From NCBI GenBank assembly GCA_028534125.1, contig CM052816.1, positions 51,090,001 through 51,154,000 on the forward strand: DNA of 64,000 bases. The letters run 5' to 3'. The notes below the pieces were generated by a model. It saw only the letters and a program-made list of their open reading frames with translations, was not told the DNA's origin and ran no database searches. The position numbers were made by a program, and so were the translations under genes. This document shows positions 1 through 13,286 of this stretch, piece by piece. The number at the start of each line of letters is the position of its first letter. The stretch's first letter is position 1. Source of the DNA: Lama glama. Lineage: Eukaryota.

Positions 1-540
1 ACAACCTAAGAAAACGGAAACACAGTCCATCAAAGTAGAAATAACCCTTACTCCACACTATATTCAAAAATTATCTCCAAATGGATCACAGGCCTAAATG
101 TAACAACTAAAACTATAAGATACATATAAGAAACATAAAAGAACATTTCTGAAATCTTGGGGTATGCAACAGTTTCTTGAAAAAATATAAAACCATGAAC
201 TATAAAAGAAAAAAACTGATAAATTGGACTTTATTAAATTCAAAAACGTTTGCTCTTCAAAAGATACTGTTAAGAAAAAAAAGCAAACCACAGAATGTGA
301 GAAAATATTCACAACACACATACACAAAGAACTTGTATCTGAAATACAGCAAATAACACTAACAGCTCAATTATAAGGAGACAATCCAGCTTCAAAATGC
401 TCAAAAGACAATGCACTTCACAAAGGAAGATATACAAATATCTAATAAGTACATGAAGAGATGTCAACATCATTAGTCATTGGGAAAATATAAAATAAAA
501 CCACAATACAATACCATGGTAATCAGAATGTTTTAACAAC
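1..540 (+). mobile_element. Old L1 (L1M-type) ORF2 3' fragment
   Basis: Typical L1 ORF2 tail text (aaatggatcacaggcctaaatgtaa, aaattggactttattaaatt, cattagtcattgggaaaat); degenerate, no long ORF. Boundaries approximate. Confidence 0.8.
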
Positions 541-639
541 TTTTTAAAAAACTACTCTTAAGCCTTTAACATCTACATTTATTCACATTTTTCTAAATGT
601 TAACACAAGATTTCCTAGAGCAGAGACAGATCATTACTA

Positions 640-1140
640 ACCCAGAACAATAACCATATTGGTTCTCTTTTTAGCCTGCTTCTTCCTCCTGGGCAATATG
701 ATGAGAGCCAGATGTCATCCTGTACATACAGGGATTTATAGCATAGGTGAAGAACACTAAAATTGTGAATGTAGGAGTTTATACAGAAGAGAGGCAGGGG
801 TCCTCCTTAACCTCCTAAGAGAGGGAGATAAACATTTGCTTTCTTAGTGTCAAACATTTTCTTTGGGAAATAAAAGTATATGACTTTTATTAACCTTTGG
901 ATGGGAGCAAACAGCTCACCATGAAGGAGACAAATGGCTGCATGTCTAACACCCATGTATGTAAATAAATGTCTCCAAAGGGGAGATAAAAAGCCTCTCT
1001 GGGTTCTAAGCCCTGGAATATCTCGATGGTCCTGAGCTTCATTATTCCCTGGCACATAACCACATTCCTCTGAGGAGGTATATCTCTTACTAACTCCAAG
1101 ACTTATCTTTTAACCGAGATCCTGAAGAAATTTGTTCAGA
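640..1140. mobile_element. Probable ERV LTR fragment interrupting the L1
   Basis: Non-L1 block of higher GC between two collinear L1 pieces, with LTR-like text; family not securely identified. Confidence 0.35.
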
Positions 1141-1184
1141 AATTACTAGCCATACAAAAACATAAAAATACTTTCTCTATAATC

Positions 1185-1875
1185 CCATACTGACCATACC
1201 AATTGTTGGAAAGGATGTGAAGCAGCTGGAACTCTCATACAATGCTGGTGGATAAATGCTACAATGATTAAAAAAACCAGCTTGGCAGTTTCTTAAAAAG
1301 CTAAACCTACACATATCATATGATCCAGCCATTCCACTTCTAGGTATTTAAGAGAAAAGAAAATATATGTTCCTACAAAGACTTGTACATGAATGGTTAT
1401 AGCAACTTTATTTAGAAAGTTACTAAAAACTGAGGGAAAAACAAATGTCCACCAAGAGGTGGATGGATAAATAAGTTATGGTATATCTATACAAAGGAGT
1501 ACTTACTACCGAACAATAAAAAGGAAAATATCTTTGATACATGCAATAATGTAGAAAAATATCAAAATCATTACGTTAAGTGAAAGAAGCCAGACTAAAA
1601 AGAGTGTACACTATACGATTAGTTACATAAAATTCTAGAAAATTCTAGAAAACAAACTAATCTATAATGATAGAAGTGAACAGTGGTTACCTGGAGAAGT
1701 GGGAATGGCAGAGAGACAGATTACAAAGGAGCACAAGGAAACTTCTGAGTATGATGAAAATATTTGCTGTCTTGATTGTGGTGATGGTTTCAAACATATG
1801 TCAAAACTGACCAAAACTGTACACTTTAAATATGTGCAGTTTAGCATATTCCATTTAAATTTCAATAGGTTGAAA
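1185..1875 (+). mobile_element. L1 3' end (continuation of the element at 1-540)
   Basis: aaggatgtgaagcagctggaactctcatac, atgatccagccattccacttctaggtattta, aactgtacactttaaatatgtgcagttt are L1M 3' motifs. Confidence 0.8.
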
Positions 1876-4800
1876 ATAAGAATTATAAAAAGCTAAATAA
1901 ACAACTAAAATGGGAATATGTGAGAAATTTAAATATACAAAGGATGGCACTGATGTGACATTATAATGTCTAGAAATTATAACACCTCAATATACATTAT
2001 AAAACTAAAAAAAGCAGAAGTAGATGGTTATAAAACATCCAATTACACACTTGAAAAAAAAATCACACAAATATAATCTCATTAATTAATAATAACACTT
2101 ATCCAAAAATAGAAATGTCAGTGACTGAGCTGAAGTTTATCTTCATACTACATATAGAGAAAAGGGAAGGGGTATTTATAAAACACCATATTAATAAGAT
2201 TGCTAAAAGAAATATCTTTATTTCTTAACATCATAAGCTTAGACACATTAGAAGCACTCATTTACAAACACTTAATAAGCTAATTTACTCAGTAAAGCAG
2301 TCTTCAAGAGGATTTTTCTCTAACAATATTCTGATAATCTGTCACAAATTACTGAAAATACTTTAAAGAAATGAAATGCATTTCTTGGATTGTACTTTAT
2401 AAATTTGACTAGCCACTTATTCTAACAGAAATTTCTCCAGTTCTCCCAAGGAATCAGAATAGTATAGTTATCCACAAACTGGCTCTCCAGCTAACGAAGT
2501 AAAGTTCAAAGCAAAGCCATGCTGAGCCCACCAGAATCTCTGATGGAGCAGCTCAACAGCCTCTATGCTTCTGATGCCCCCAGAGATTTCTCCAGCAGCC
2601 CTGGTTTCAGTGAAAGCTGTTAACGTGCTCTGTTGCAGAGCAAAGAACATGAGGTCCGATTTCAACAAAGCAAATTCAGCAATCACTCAGTGAAAATCTT
2701 CTATGCCAAGCACTGCACCATAACCTGGGAACGTGAAAGAGAAATACAACCTAGGGAGTCCTTCAAAAAAAAAGCTCCTTTTACTCTTCCAAGGGCCCTA
2801 CCCTCCCATGTTTAAAACAGATTCTCAATTCGTCAGACTGTAATTGTCTAAATTCAAAATACACACAGATGCTGGGATTATGCTCTATTTGTAGGGCTTT
2901 CACTATTTAAAAAGACTTTCATAGCAAATCTGTCTGCCAACAATTTGCCTTTCCCTGAACATTTTGTTTCTAAGCACTAAAATATGGTCATCTTCTTTTT
3001 AATCTGTGTTTTTGACCTTACATGGTTATGTCTTTGCTTGGGTTTGTTCTTTCCACAACTCCCTTTCTGGTTCTTGAATATAAGATTTCCTTGCCGCCCA
3101 GCAAAGGCATCACACTAATCTATGCAACTCACAAGAATCAGGAACAGTCTCAGTAGCTGGTCCCTGAGGGCCTTACATCCTGGGAAGCCTCCCACCCATG
3201 CCCTTGCGTGGGTTCTCCAGGAGGCCTGCACACTCGCCTGAGCAGGACTCCAAAAGGTGGATGATGCACACTTGGGACTCGCCCACTAAAATTCATGGGC
3301 AGTGAAAGAAAAACAGTCAGTTCCCACCCAATCATTAATTTGTGTGTTGTGAAAACAAAGGTTCCCTAGGCCTCTCCAACAAGTAACCAGACACTATTTT
3401 ATCCTAATTATTACTAGTATCTTAGGAAGATAATACTAGTACTTTGAGTAGTACTTGACAAAGTTCTCACGCATACATTTCCTCATTTGTTTTCACACCC
3501 CTATGAGACAGGGCCGAGAGAGAGGAGGTAAGATGGCATTGTTAAAGACGTTTTAGACCCCAGCTCTACTACCACACAAGCTATATGATCTTAGATCTTC
3601 CTAACCTGTGAGCTTTGATTTTCTCACCTGAAACACAGATGACAACTGTTAACTCTGACTCAAGGACTTGTTTGCAATAGCATTGTGAGGAATAACAGAT
3701 AACTACCTGTGAAGTCCTCACAAGGTGCCTGGCCGATACCAAGTGCTCAAGCCCTGTTGGTCGCAAGTGACAGTTGCCATCACCTCCGTCTCACAGATGG
3801 TGGTCCTACAGCGGCTCCTGTTTGTCAATTCACAGAGCTCATTGGGAGAACTGGGCCTATAAGCTAAGTTTTCATCTTTTCTGTCTCTAGGTTCCCAGAG
3901 ATAATTAAGGTTTCTAAAGCCCAGCAAAAAGCTGTGGTGCCCTGATCTTCCCCACAAATACCCTGGAGTCAGGATAAATGGAATCAAGGAAGGCCAGTCA
4001 GCCATGGACAGGCAAGATGATCTCCAGGTAATCTCTCTCCCTGCAGCTGACCACATATAAAGAGCCCTGTAGGGAATTAATTAGAGCCTGAGGAAAAAGT
4101 CCTGAGCTCTCAGCAGTGCTGGAGTCTTTTTGACAGCCGTGCTGTAACAGAAAAAACAAATCCGGGAGGACTCTAATGCTTAGGCTTACAATTTCCTAGT
4201 TCCCTAATAAGAGATAGTCATTCTAAATAGCAAGATACTTACTAAGACTTGTAATATAACTTGTAAGTGTATATTAATACAATCTATTTTTATCCATCAT
4301 CAAGAATTTTTAAATGAGAAGTTCAGGAATAAAAATGTGTTTCCACCAAAGGATATAAGAAGAATACAGAGAAACACACACACAAGTATGTTATGGTTTA
4401 TGCAAAGCATTCTGCCCATCTAAACCAGGCCAAAACAAATGCAGAGAATTTTTCCAAAAGCCTCCATTATACCAACAAATGTTTAAAGCAATGAGGTTTA
4501 TAGACAGCAAGGGGGATGTGCCAGGCTTCCTCCCCCTGGACCAAAACAAATACAAGCAAAAAATATTTGCCTAGATGACTGAAAAGCAGAGAAAGGCACT
4601 GCAAACTGACTTCCTCTTCAAAAGGGATATTTATTTAATCTGCTATCTCAAATTTAATTATTCTAATCATTTTTAAATACCCTAAAGAATTCTCTGAATT
4701 CTGGCCAAAGGTACCCTTGCACATTTGCAAACAGGCAATGTTCCACAACTTTAGAACACTTCCTATAATCAAACATCTGACCTGGCTAGAGTCAGTTTTC

Positions 4801-5216
4801 TCAGTTTCACCTACTAGAATATTTATGACTCTGATCATTGACATATAATTTTCTCCTTGCTGTGACAAATGTAGTTGGATACTTCACATTTGGAGTTGAG
4901 ATCAAGCCTGGAATCCTTTCTCTTTTTCAGAATGAGTTTGGGAACCCTCATTTTCAGAACTATGATTTTCCAGAAGGTATTACAACAATTAGCTAAAGTG
5001 TTCAGAAGAAAATTGCTGGGAAAACTAAGAAATTAAAAAAAATTAATTTCTGACTTATTCTTTCATTTTAGACATTAGATATTTCCTCGGAAATGCACGT
5101 CAGGGTCCTGTACAAAGAAGCCTACTTCTATTTTCTGAAATGACAGAAGACTGGACCACCCAGTTAACAGGCTACACTCACCCTAAAGGCTTGCTCCAGT
5201 AAAGGGGTCAACTTAC

Positions 5217-5452
5217 ATGGCACTTTCTTCACTGCAATTTGAATTGCCAGCATCTACTGTTGCCTTCTGGCCAAAAGCTTCCTCTGTAAGGTCCAGCCAG
5301 GTCTGATTCTTAAATTTAATTGTTATTCTTTTGGCCCAGAAGAGAATGCAGGGAATTCCATCCATGGAGATATTAACCGGGTTATAATAACTGAATGCAT
5401 TCCAAGGTTCTTTTTCTAAATGTCTTTGTCTGCTCAGACTGTAGTTGAGAGC
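5217..5452 (-). CDS. ATP6AP1L: V-ATPase accessory subunit S1-like protein, internal coding exon (236 nt, phase 0 to 2)
   Basis: Minus strand ttggtttaattag|GCTCTC...GCCAT|gtaagt translates to ALNYSLSRQRHLEKEPWNAFSYYNPVNISMDGIPCILFWAKRITIKFKNQTWLDLTEEAFGQKATVDAGNSNCSEESA. The ILFWA...W.DLT...FG pattern matches the Ac45/ATP6AP1 luminal domain, and the head-to-head position with RPS23 fits ATP6AP1L. Confidence 0.92.
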
Positions 5453-5759
5453 CTAATTAAACCAAATAAACAAAATTTAAGATACAGATTTGTTTCCATG
5501 GTACAAAAGGTTTCTTGGAAGGAAAAGAGCCAATTCAAATCCTGTTGGAACTCTGTTAGCTTTAGAGTCTGTGCTCTTGTGGGGAAAAGGAGATGGGTGG
5601 ACCTGATCCTAAAAAGCCTAAAAATGATAGGTACACTAACCCCATTCCACAAAGCACGAGAAATGGAAATGATGAAATTATAAAAACAAACAAAAAACCA
5701 GCTTTGAAAGTAGTAACATTAGCAATAATGACTTTAAAAAGTCATCAGTCAACATGCAG

Positions 5760-6085
5760 GGGGAGGAAAAGGGAATAAATAGGTGGAGGGCAGTAGATTT
5801 TTAGCTATGAAACTATTATTCTATGTGATACTGTAATAGTAGATAGGTATCATTATACATTTGTTAAAACCCATACAGCGCAAAGAGTGAATCCTAATAC
5901 AAACCATGGACTTAGTTAATAATATATCAATAGTGGATCATCAGTTTTAACAAATGTACCACACTAATGCAAAATTTTAAGTATAGGGGAAATTGGGTGG
6001 GTGGGTAGACTGAGAAGGTATATGGGAACCTTTTGTACTTTTATTCAATTTTTTCTGTAAACCTAAAACTACTAAAAAAAAGTCT
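5760..6085 (+). mobile_element. L1 3' end fragment (L1MB/L1MC-like)
   Basis: aacaaatgtaccacactaatgcaa...tatatgggaacc...ttttctgtaaacctaaaact. Confidence 0.7.
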
Positions 6086-6269
6086 ATTTTTTTAAAATTC
6101 ACCATGCCATGAAACTAATGGCAGTAATCTTTTCAAAAAACAATATCATAGGAACCCAAATAACTCAAAACTTTAAGTTAAGAAATTAACATGTTGAAGA
6201 AAACAAGAGGTTTCTAGAAATCAAGCATAATTCTCCAGACCATTAATGTCTAATAGGACATTCTGGGGC

Positions 6270-6405
6270 ATTGACTATTATGCACTGGAAATGTAGCCAG
6301 GACAACTGAGGAGCTTAATTTTTAATTTTACTTAACATTATTCAGTTTGAATTTAAATTTAAATAGCTGCATGTGGCTAGAGTCTACTGTCTTGGACAGA
6401 GCAAC
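6270..6405. mobile_element. hAT-Charlie MITE fragment (MER3-like)
   Basis: cactggaaatgtagccag...aaatagctgcatgtggctag...actgtcttggacag. Confidence 0.55.
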
Positions 6406-6917
6406 TCCAGACCACTTAATATACATAAACTAGCAAGGTATTCTAACCTTGTTATACATCTTATGAAACTTTTGTAGATTACCAGGAAGCCCAAGACAGT
6501 GCACCTCAGTACATCAGTCTGGAGTCACAAAAGCAGGTCTCCATCTGAAAGATCTACTTACCTAGATCAACTATTTCACACCAATTACTGTAGTCTAAGT
6601 ACAGATAAAAGAGAAATTAAACAGGCAGCAGCAACCCAAGTTCACCAGTAACCAGAGATAAACAGTTACTATTCTGATCCAGTCTGGAAAGTAACAAAAG
6701 TAAAACTGAATATTGTAATGAAATATGAGAGCAAATGAAACTTCAATCTTTCTCAACTATAACATTACCATAATACATTTCCCCACCCAAAGTTCAAGTA
6801 AAAATGTTGGTTATTAATAGAATTATTATTTATATTTTCATAGTGGCTCTGATCTGATTGAAATGTGTTTACATTTTTTTTTTAAAGATACAATCTAGTT
6901 TCCTAACATGTCCATAC

Positions 6918-6976
6918 CTGTGTGACTGGTATTGTGAAATTCTGCATTGGCTTTGTATCTCCATTATTCTGCTGAT
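6918..6976 (-). CDS. ATP6AP1L: ATP6AP1L coding exon (59 nt, phase 1 to 0)
   Basis: cattttatttgacag|ATCAGCAG...ACACAG|gtatgg encodes (D)QQNNGDTKPMQNFTIPVTQ; its phases exactly bridge the neighbouring exons. Confidence 0.75.
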
Positions 6977-7226
6977 CTGTCAAATAAAATGATATGAGTA
7001 CAAAGGGTAAATGTCATTGATTTATTAAAGTAATTGAGTGACAAGAATATGCTAAAGACTGTGAAATGTACCAGGTTTGAGTCTCTTTTGGTTCATAATT
7101 TAGAATACACTAGTTTAAGAGATTTTTCACATGAGAGACTCCTGATGCAAGTACCGGCGTTCAGGGAAGTCCATCACAGACAAAACCCTTCCTCAACACC
7201 CCCATAAGGACAATTACAGGTCTTAC

Positions 7227-7273
7227 CGCTCTTTATAACCACTTCTTTATTTGAAGATGTTCGAGAGCTGAAA
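7227..7273 (-). CDS. ATP6AP1L: ATP6AP1L coding exon (47 nt, phase 2 to 1)
   Basis: tttgttttttctag|TTTCAGCTC...AAGAGCG|gtaaga encodes (S)FSSRTSSNKEVVIKS. An in-frame alternative acceptor 6 nt inside (exon start 7267) is also possible. Confidence 0.7.
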
Positions 7274-8799
7274 CTAGAAAAAACAAAAATTAGATGCTAA
7301 ACAAATATCTACATTTTAGATATTACATGAAATTTTAAGGAGAATATTCTGGTTTATTACATCTCAGAATAGAGGAGCAGAATCTTAGCCTGTCAAAACT
7401 GTACACTTTTGAGCATGAATTTCTGATTTAAAAAGTAATATTATATCTGTTCTTCAAAGAAAACAAGGAAAAGACTGAACACTTTAAAGAAGAACAAAAT
7501 TTTAAGTATCGACCCTAATCTTTATTCACTGAATAGTCTACTATGTTCCAAGCAGTGTGCTAGACGCTGAGGTTTAACAAAAAATAAATAATAACCAAAT
7601 GAATCAAATAACCAAATAATAAAACATAATAAAATATTTTACAGTGTAATTTTATACATTACATTGTTAGCACATTAAAGTGAAAATATCCAATGCTTTT
7701 TATTAAAAAAAACTATTCAAAAAGATATTTCTGAAAATTATGAGGATATAAATCATAATATATGTCCTTTCAGCATTTCACCACATATTCATACACACCC
7801 TACACATATATAATTTATATTTTATATTATTTAAAAACAGATTTTTGTAAACATCCTGTTTTAAAGCCTGCAATTTTTTCACTTAAAAATATATCACACA
7901 TATTTTCCCATCTTATTACATATTTTTCTGTATTTTTAATTCCATGTGGTATTACATCATACAAATTTATTTAACCAAATACCTATTAAGTATTTAAGTT
8001 ATTTCCAATTAATAAACAGTACTACATTGAACACTGTCATGGATTATTTATTCATACCCCTGAGCAGTTCCTTAAGATAAATTTCTAGAAGTGAAATTGC
8101 TAAGTTAGAACATAGATACATCTTCTTATCATGGAATATTACAAACACACAAATTTAAACAGAAAAGCATAAGACCCTTCCCCCTCCTTCAAGCACCTGT
8201 ACCCATCATCCAGCTTCAGTAATTATCAAGCCATAACTAATCTTGTGTTACCTGCTTATCCACCCACTTCCCATCTCTGGTATTACTTTGACGAAAATAT
8301 CAGAAATTGTATCATTTAAGTATGTATTTCTAAAGAACAAAGACTTTTTAAAATAACAGCCCAATTACATTTGGAAAATATAATTCTCTAACATTACATA
8401 TCATGTCAGTCTAAATCTTCAATTGTGTCATGTCATAAAAATGTTTAGTTTGTTGCATATTTTAAATTTCTCTTAGGTTGTACCTGTAATATATGACTCC
8501 TATCCAAGACCTATATGTATGACTATTATATAAACTCTTAACATTTTTGTAATTAGAGAAATATATGTATTACATATCATTATACACAAAACATGATTTT
8601 AGCTACAGAGTTATTAAATATATATTACAGTGAATTGCTTTAGAATTAATTATATGGAACCATTACAAATTAAATGCACGATTTTCTTCATAATACATTC
8701 TCTAATATCTAATGAGAATTTCTGAAGATGATAAATTGATAACTATAATGTCTAGTAGATGCTATTAATAAATTCCAATATACCTGCAATTATTTTTTC

Positions 8800-9520
8800 A
8801 CTTTATCAGCTCTATTGAGGTGTAAGTTAAGTACAATAAGCTGCATGAATTCATTCAATGTATACAATATGATGGGTTTGGGCATATGCATATATCCATG
8901 ACACACTGCCACAATAAAGATGCAGAATATTTACATTCCACAGAAGTTTCCCCATGCACTTCTGCAGTGGAGAGATGTTTCCCCTACCTCAGCCACAGGC
9001 AAGTACAGACTAACTTTCTGTCACTTTAGATTAGTTTGCATTTTCTTGAGTTATAAATAGAATCATGTAACATATATTCTTTAGTACTTGGCTTCTTTCA
9101 GTTTTATGACTGACACTTACTGATGTTGTTACATGTATCAATATTTTATTGCATTTTATTACTGAGAAATATTTCATTGTATGGATATATCACATTTTGT
9201 TTATGCACTCACTGATGGACTTTTATGATGTTTCTAGTTTGGGGCAGCTACAAATAAACATACAAAAACATTCATGCACAGGGTTTTTGGTGGAATATGT
9301 ATTTTCACTTTCTTAATGGTGACTTTAAAAAAGCAAAAGCTTTAATTTTCAAAAGTCTAATGAAATTTTTTCTTTTATTGTCTATTTTTTGTATCTAAAA
9401 GAAATATTTCCTAACTTAAGGTCATGAAGAGTTTCTCTTGTGTTTATCTAGAAGCTTGAAAATTTTAACTTTTACATTTAGCACTTTGATGATCCATTCT
9501 GAGTTGATATTTGTGAGATA
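8800..9520 (-). mobile_element. Old L1 fragment, antisense
   Basis: ttcattgtatggatatatcacattttgttt, ctaactttctgtcactttagattagtttgcattttct are reverse-strand L1M 3' motifs. Confidence 0.75.
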
Positions 9521-9544
9521 AGGTATTTGTAGCATTTTGAAGCC

Positions 9545-9900
9545 TGGGATAAAGAAAATGTCCTAAAAACTTCCAGAAATTAAAAAAACAAGACTCACGC
9601 AAGGATTCAAAAAATGTCTCTCTCACATCCTTTCCAAAGCTAATGGAGGATATGTTCCAGCCAAGTAAGGGAGAAAATCAAGAAAGAGGAAAGCATGGGC
9701 ATCAAAACAACAACAACAACAACAACAAAAAAAAACAGTGGATCAAATTCAGAAGAGTGACAAAGAGAAACCTAAGGATGACTATTGCACATCACACCTA
9801 GAGAGAATTAACCCAGACTGGAGCAAGAGGACAAAAGGGCTCTAAAGAAGGGAGACACAGAGGGAGATCCCCAGGTGAAAGGACGACTTGAGAGACTATG
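9545..9900 (+). mobile_element. HAL1-like fragment
   Basis: ctaatggaggatatgttccagccaagtaagggagaaaatcaagaaagaggaaagcatgg resembles the HAL1 consensus as I recall it. Confidence 0.5.
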
Positions 9901-9988
9901 CTATGTATTAAATACTTCGTTGATAATAACAGGAAGCTGTTACACAGTCTAAAATGTATAAATTGAGAAATCGTCTAGCATATTATTT

Positions 9989-10447
9989 AAACGCCATTTG
10001 CAGCAACATGGATGTCCCTGGATAATGTCATTCTAAGTGAAGTAAGTCAAAAAAAGAAAGAAAAATGCCATATGAGATCGCTCATATGTGGAATCTAAAA
10101 AAAAGAAAGAAAGAAAGAAAAAGGCAAATGAACATAAATACAAAACAGAAACAGACTCACAGACATAGACTACAAACTTGTGGTTGCCAAGGGGGAAAGG
10201 GGTGGGAAGGAAAAGACTGTGAGTTCGGAATTTGTAGATACTGACAGGCATATGTAGAACAGATAAACAAGATTACACGTATAGCACAGGGAAATATATA
10301 CAAGATCTTGTGGTAGCTCACAGACAAAAAGAATGCAACAATGAATATATGTATGTTCATGTATAACTGAAAAATTGTGCCCTACACTGGAAATTGACAC
10401 AACATTGTAAACTGACTATAACTCAATAAAAAAAAATGAAAAAAAAA
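9989..10447 (+). mobile_element. Relatively young 5'-truncated L1 3' end with poly(A) tail
   Basis: gccatttgcagcaacatggatg...acaacattgtaaactgactataactcaataaaaaaaaatgaaaaaaaaa; well preserved 3'UTR and A-tail. Confidence 0.85.
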
Positions 10448-11349
10448 TATTGTGACAGTGGTGGATTGTATGATTGTTCCCTGCCTTTGGCCATGTTCCT
10501 TGCAGTATCTTCCTGTAAGTGGAGAACATTTCCTGCCCCAGAAGAGTTTCAAGCTTTCTAATAATATCACTATACACAAATCAATTTTTTAATTTCTTTC
10601 ATTTGAACTTCATCTTTCCAAAAATCATAATTCATGATACAGGGTTAAATATTCAATTTTAATAAGTCTTAATGAACAAAAACAAAATTATGAGATATAT
10701 TTTACCTAAATAGGATAAAAATATATCAAGTCATTTGGAAATATCTTGTTAGCAGAGGAATTTAATATACGTTTATTGAATAAAAGCACATGAATAAATG
10801 AATGAGTTTTCATATTGTTAACATGCTTGGCTTGAGATTCTGCTCTACTAATTAAAATTTTTCATGTGTTCATCAATGAAAAGCTTTTGGACAACAACAT
10901 AGGCTTATTTTCATTTCAGTGAATGTATGGACTTATGATAATGCTGCTATACTTTTTAAAATAAACTGTAATTTAAATAGGTCTTGCCCCCACCCATAAG
11001 TCTGAACTAATGAGGTTTTAAGGGAAGCCATAATCTCAAAGACAAAACACTATACATACTGACTTTCACATCACTATATAACCTCTGAACTGAAATAAAG
11101 CTAAAGAATGATCTGCTTAAAATTATCTTGCAAATAAACTAAGAAATAGTAATTTTTAATTAAAAAAAAAGTAAACCTACACTAGCAGTAGAATATTCAG
11201 ACCCTTTTCCAATGAAAGGAAAACATGAAAAATAATCAGGAGCCACAGGCTTGCAGTGGCTGGTACCATATTTTTGATGTACCAAGTAGTCCATCATGAG
11301 TCTCATAAGTACTCCTTTATGAAGATAAAGGTAAAGTAACTGCTTCATG

Positions 11350-11900
11350 GTTCTGCTCAGGACAAAGACCACATTTTCACCATGGCCTACAAGGTGCTGA
11401 AGGACCTTGACCTGATAGCTGTGCTCAACTCATTTCACCTCCTCCCCTCTGCTCCAGCTAAACTAGCGTTCTTTAGTTCCGTTCCCTGAATGCTTCATGT
11501 TCCCCTCCTCCCTCAGAAGAATTTTAGCACCTGCTGTTCTCTCCACCTGGAATGTTCCTTCTTACCCTTCCCCCCACCTCCCTGTCATGTCCTCCATACC
11601 CTCCAGATCACAGTTCAAATACCACTTCCTCGGAACACTGTCCCTAACTTTTCAGACTAGTTCAGATCCCCCTATTCTATGTGTTCATAGTCTCCCATAC
11701 TTTTCTTTCAAAGCACATTTCACAGTTTATTTGTAATAAGATCATTCATTTGATTTACAAGCACTTCCACTCTAGACTTAAAGGTTCATGAGGGCAGAGA
11801 CTATATTTGCTTTGCTCACCACTGTATACCCAACACCTAGCACAGTGCCTATTTAAAAGTATCAAGTATTAAAAACATATGTGTTATACGCATAAATGAA
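11350..11900. mobile_element. L2 3' fragment
   Basis: ctgttctctccacctggaatgtt, tcatgagggcagagactat, cctagcacagtgcct, aatgaa terminal repeats. Confidence 0.75.
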
Positions 11901-13286
11901 CTAACAATTTAATGAACAAACTCTGAAAGGGCAGCGGGAAATAGGAGCTCACAGGGGATGCTATGAGAGAGGGAAAAGATTTCTTTTTTGTCTAAGTATA
12001 AACCCAATTTGAGGAAGGAACATGTAAAGGAAGAGTGATGACCAAAACTTGGTCTAAGCTTAGGATACACGTATTAGGCTTAAAATACAATCATCCTTCC
12101 TAAAGACTTAAGAGCTTTGAATTGCTCATAGAGCTAAAAGATATTTTAAATTTCAGATCCATGATTTGAAAGAGCATTTACAAAATGGCAACAGTTGTTT
12201 CCTCCATAATGAATTAATATGCCATATTATTAGATCCAAATGGTCATTGATTTACATGATTTCTAGGGTCCCTTCTGAAGCTAAAATTATTTAAACCCAT
12301 TAATCTTGCCTCAGAAACAGAAATGGGATTTTTTAGTTCTTGGTGTACATTTTACCAATGAAATACACAAATCAGTCATTTCTGTATAAACCAGGTGAGG
12401 AAACATTACTAAGCTTTAACTACCTTAAGGAGTATAGGTCACCTATTACTTGAAAGTGAACGTGCAAGAAAGCACCAACTGATATAGAAACAATGGGAGA
12501 AAACAAATGAAAAATAACTCATGTACTTGCTGTTTTTATCAGCTGGTGACTTCAGAATTCCTTAACACAAGTTTTGGCAGGTTGTCCTGCTTGCCACCAT
12601 CCTTTGTGTTCACACTAAATCCCCTGACGGATTTGTTGGGATGGTACATCTGAGTAACTGCAAGATGTAACATAAGTTGACTGATATTCAGATTTTGAAT
12701 ATTCTTCCTCATAGAGAAATCTTTGTATGTTCCTTTATATAGTATGGAAAAAAGCCAAAAGTACAAAGGAAATAGAAGTAGAAATTTTGCTTGTTAGCTT
12801 TAAATAGCATATACTCCACACAATTACCATCTCCTACCAGTTAAAATAATTTAACATCTTTTCTTTGGGGGACAGGTTATATATTTTTGAGGCTTTTAAA
12901 TTTTTCCTTTACTCTCCTCTCACGTACTAATGGCAGGAGAAACAGAAATTAATGCTTACCTATAAGTATAAAAGAAACATGAATGCTGATTTGAGTCATT
13001 TTCTCATAGAGATATACTTTGATACAAAATACAAATGTTTCTTGGATAGTTTGAAGAAATAAATAGCTCTTCCCTCTTATAACAGAGATTGTATTTTTAT
13101 CTCTTATTTACAAACCCTAGTTGAATGATTTTAGTAGCTACCAAATGATCTAACCTAGTAAATTCATTTTGAACTGTTAACAAATGTAGCTGTGAAAACA
13201 ATATAAAGAAATTACAGAGCCACCTAATTTCACACTTACACTGAAATTCACAGATGCATTGCATTAAAAGATGTGCAGTTACTCAC

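Noticed and set aside
1..5216. Remaining ATP6AP1L exons (rest of luminal domain and transmembrane helix)
   Set aside because: No matching translation found by eye; they probably lie left of the window.
11282..11313. Possible 32-nt ATP6AP1L exon near 11.3 kb (STYETHDGLL in one frame)
   Set aside because: Weak donor (gtacat) and it does not preserve phase between exon 1 and the 7273 exon.
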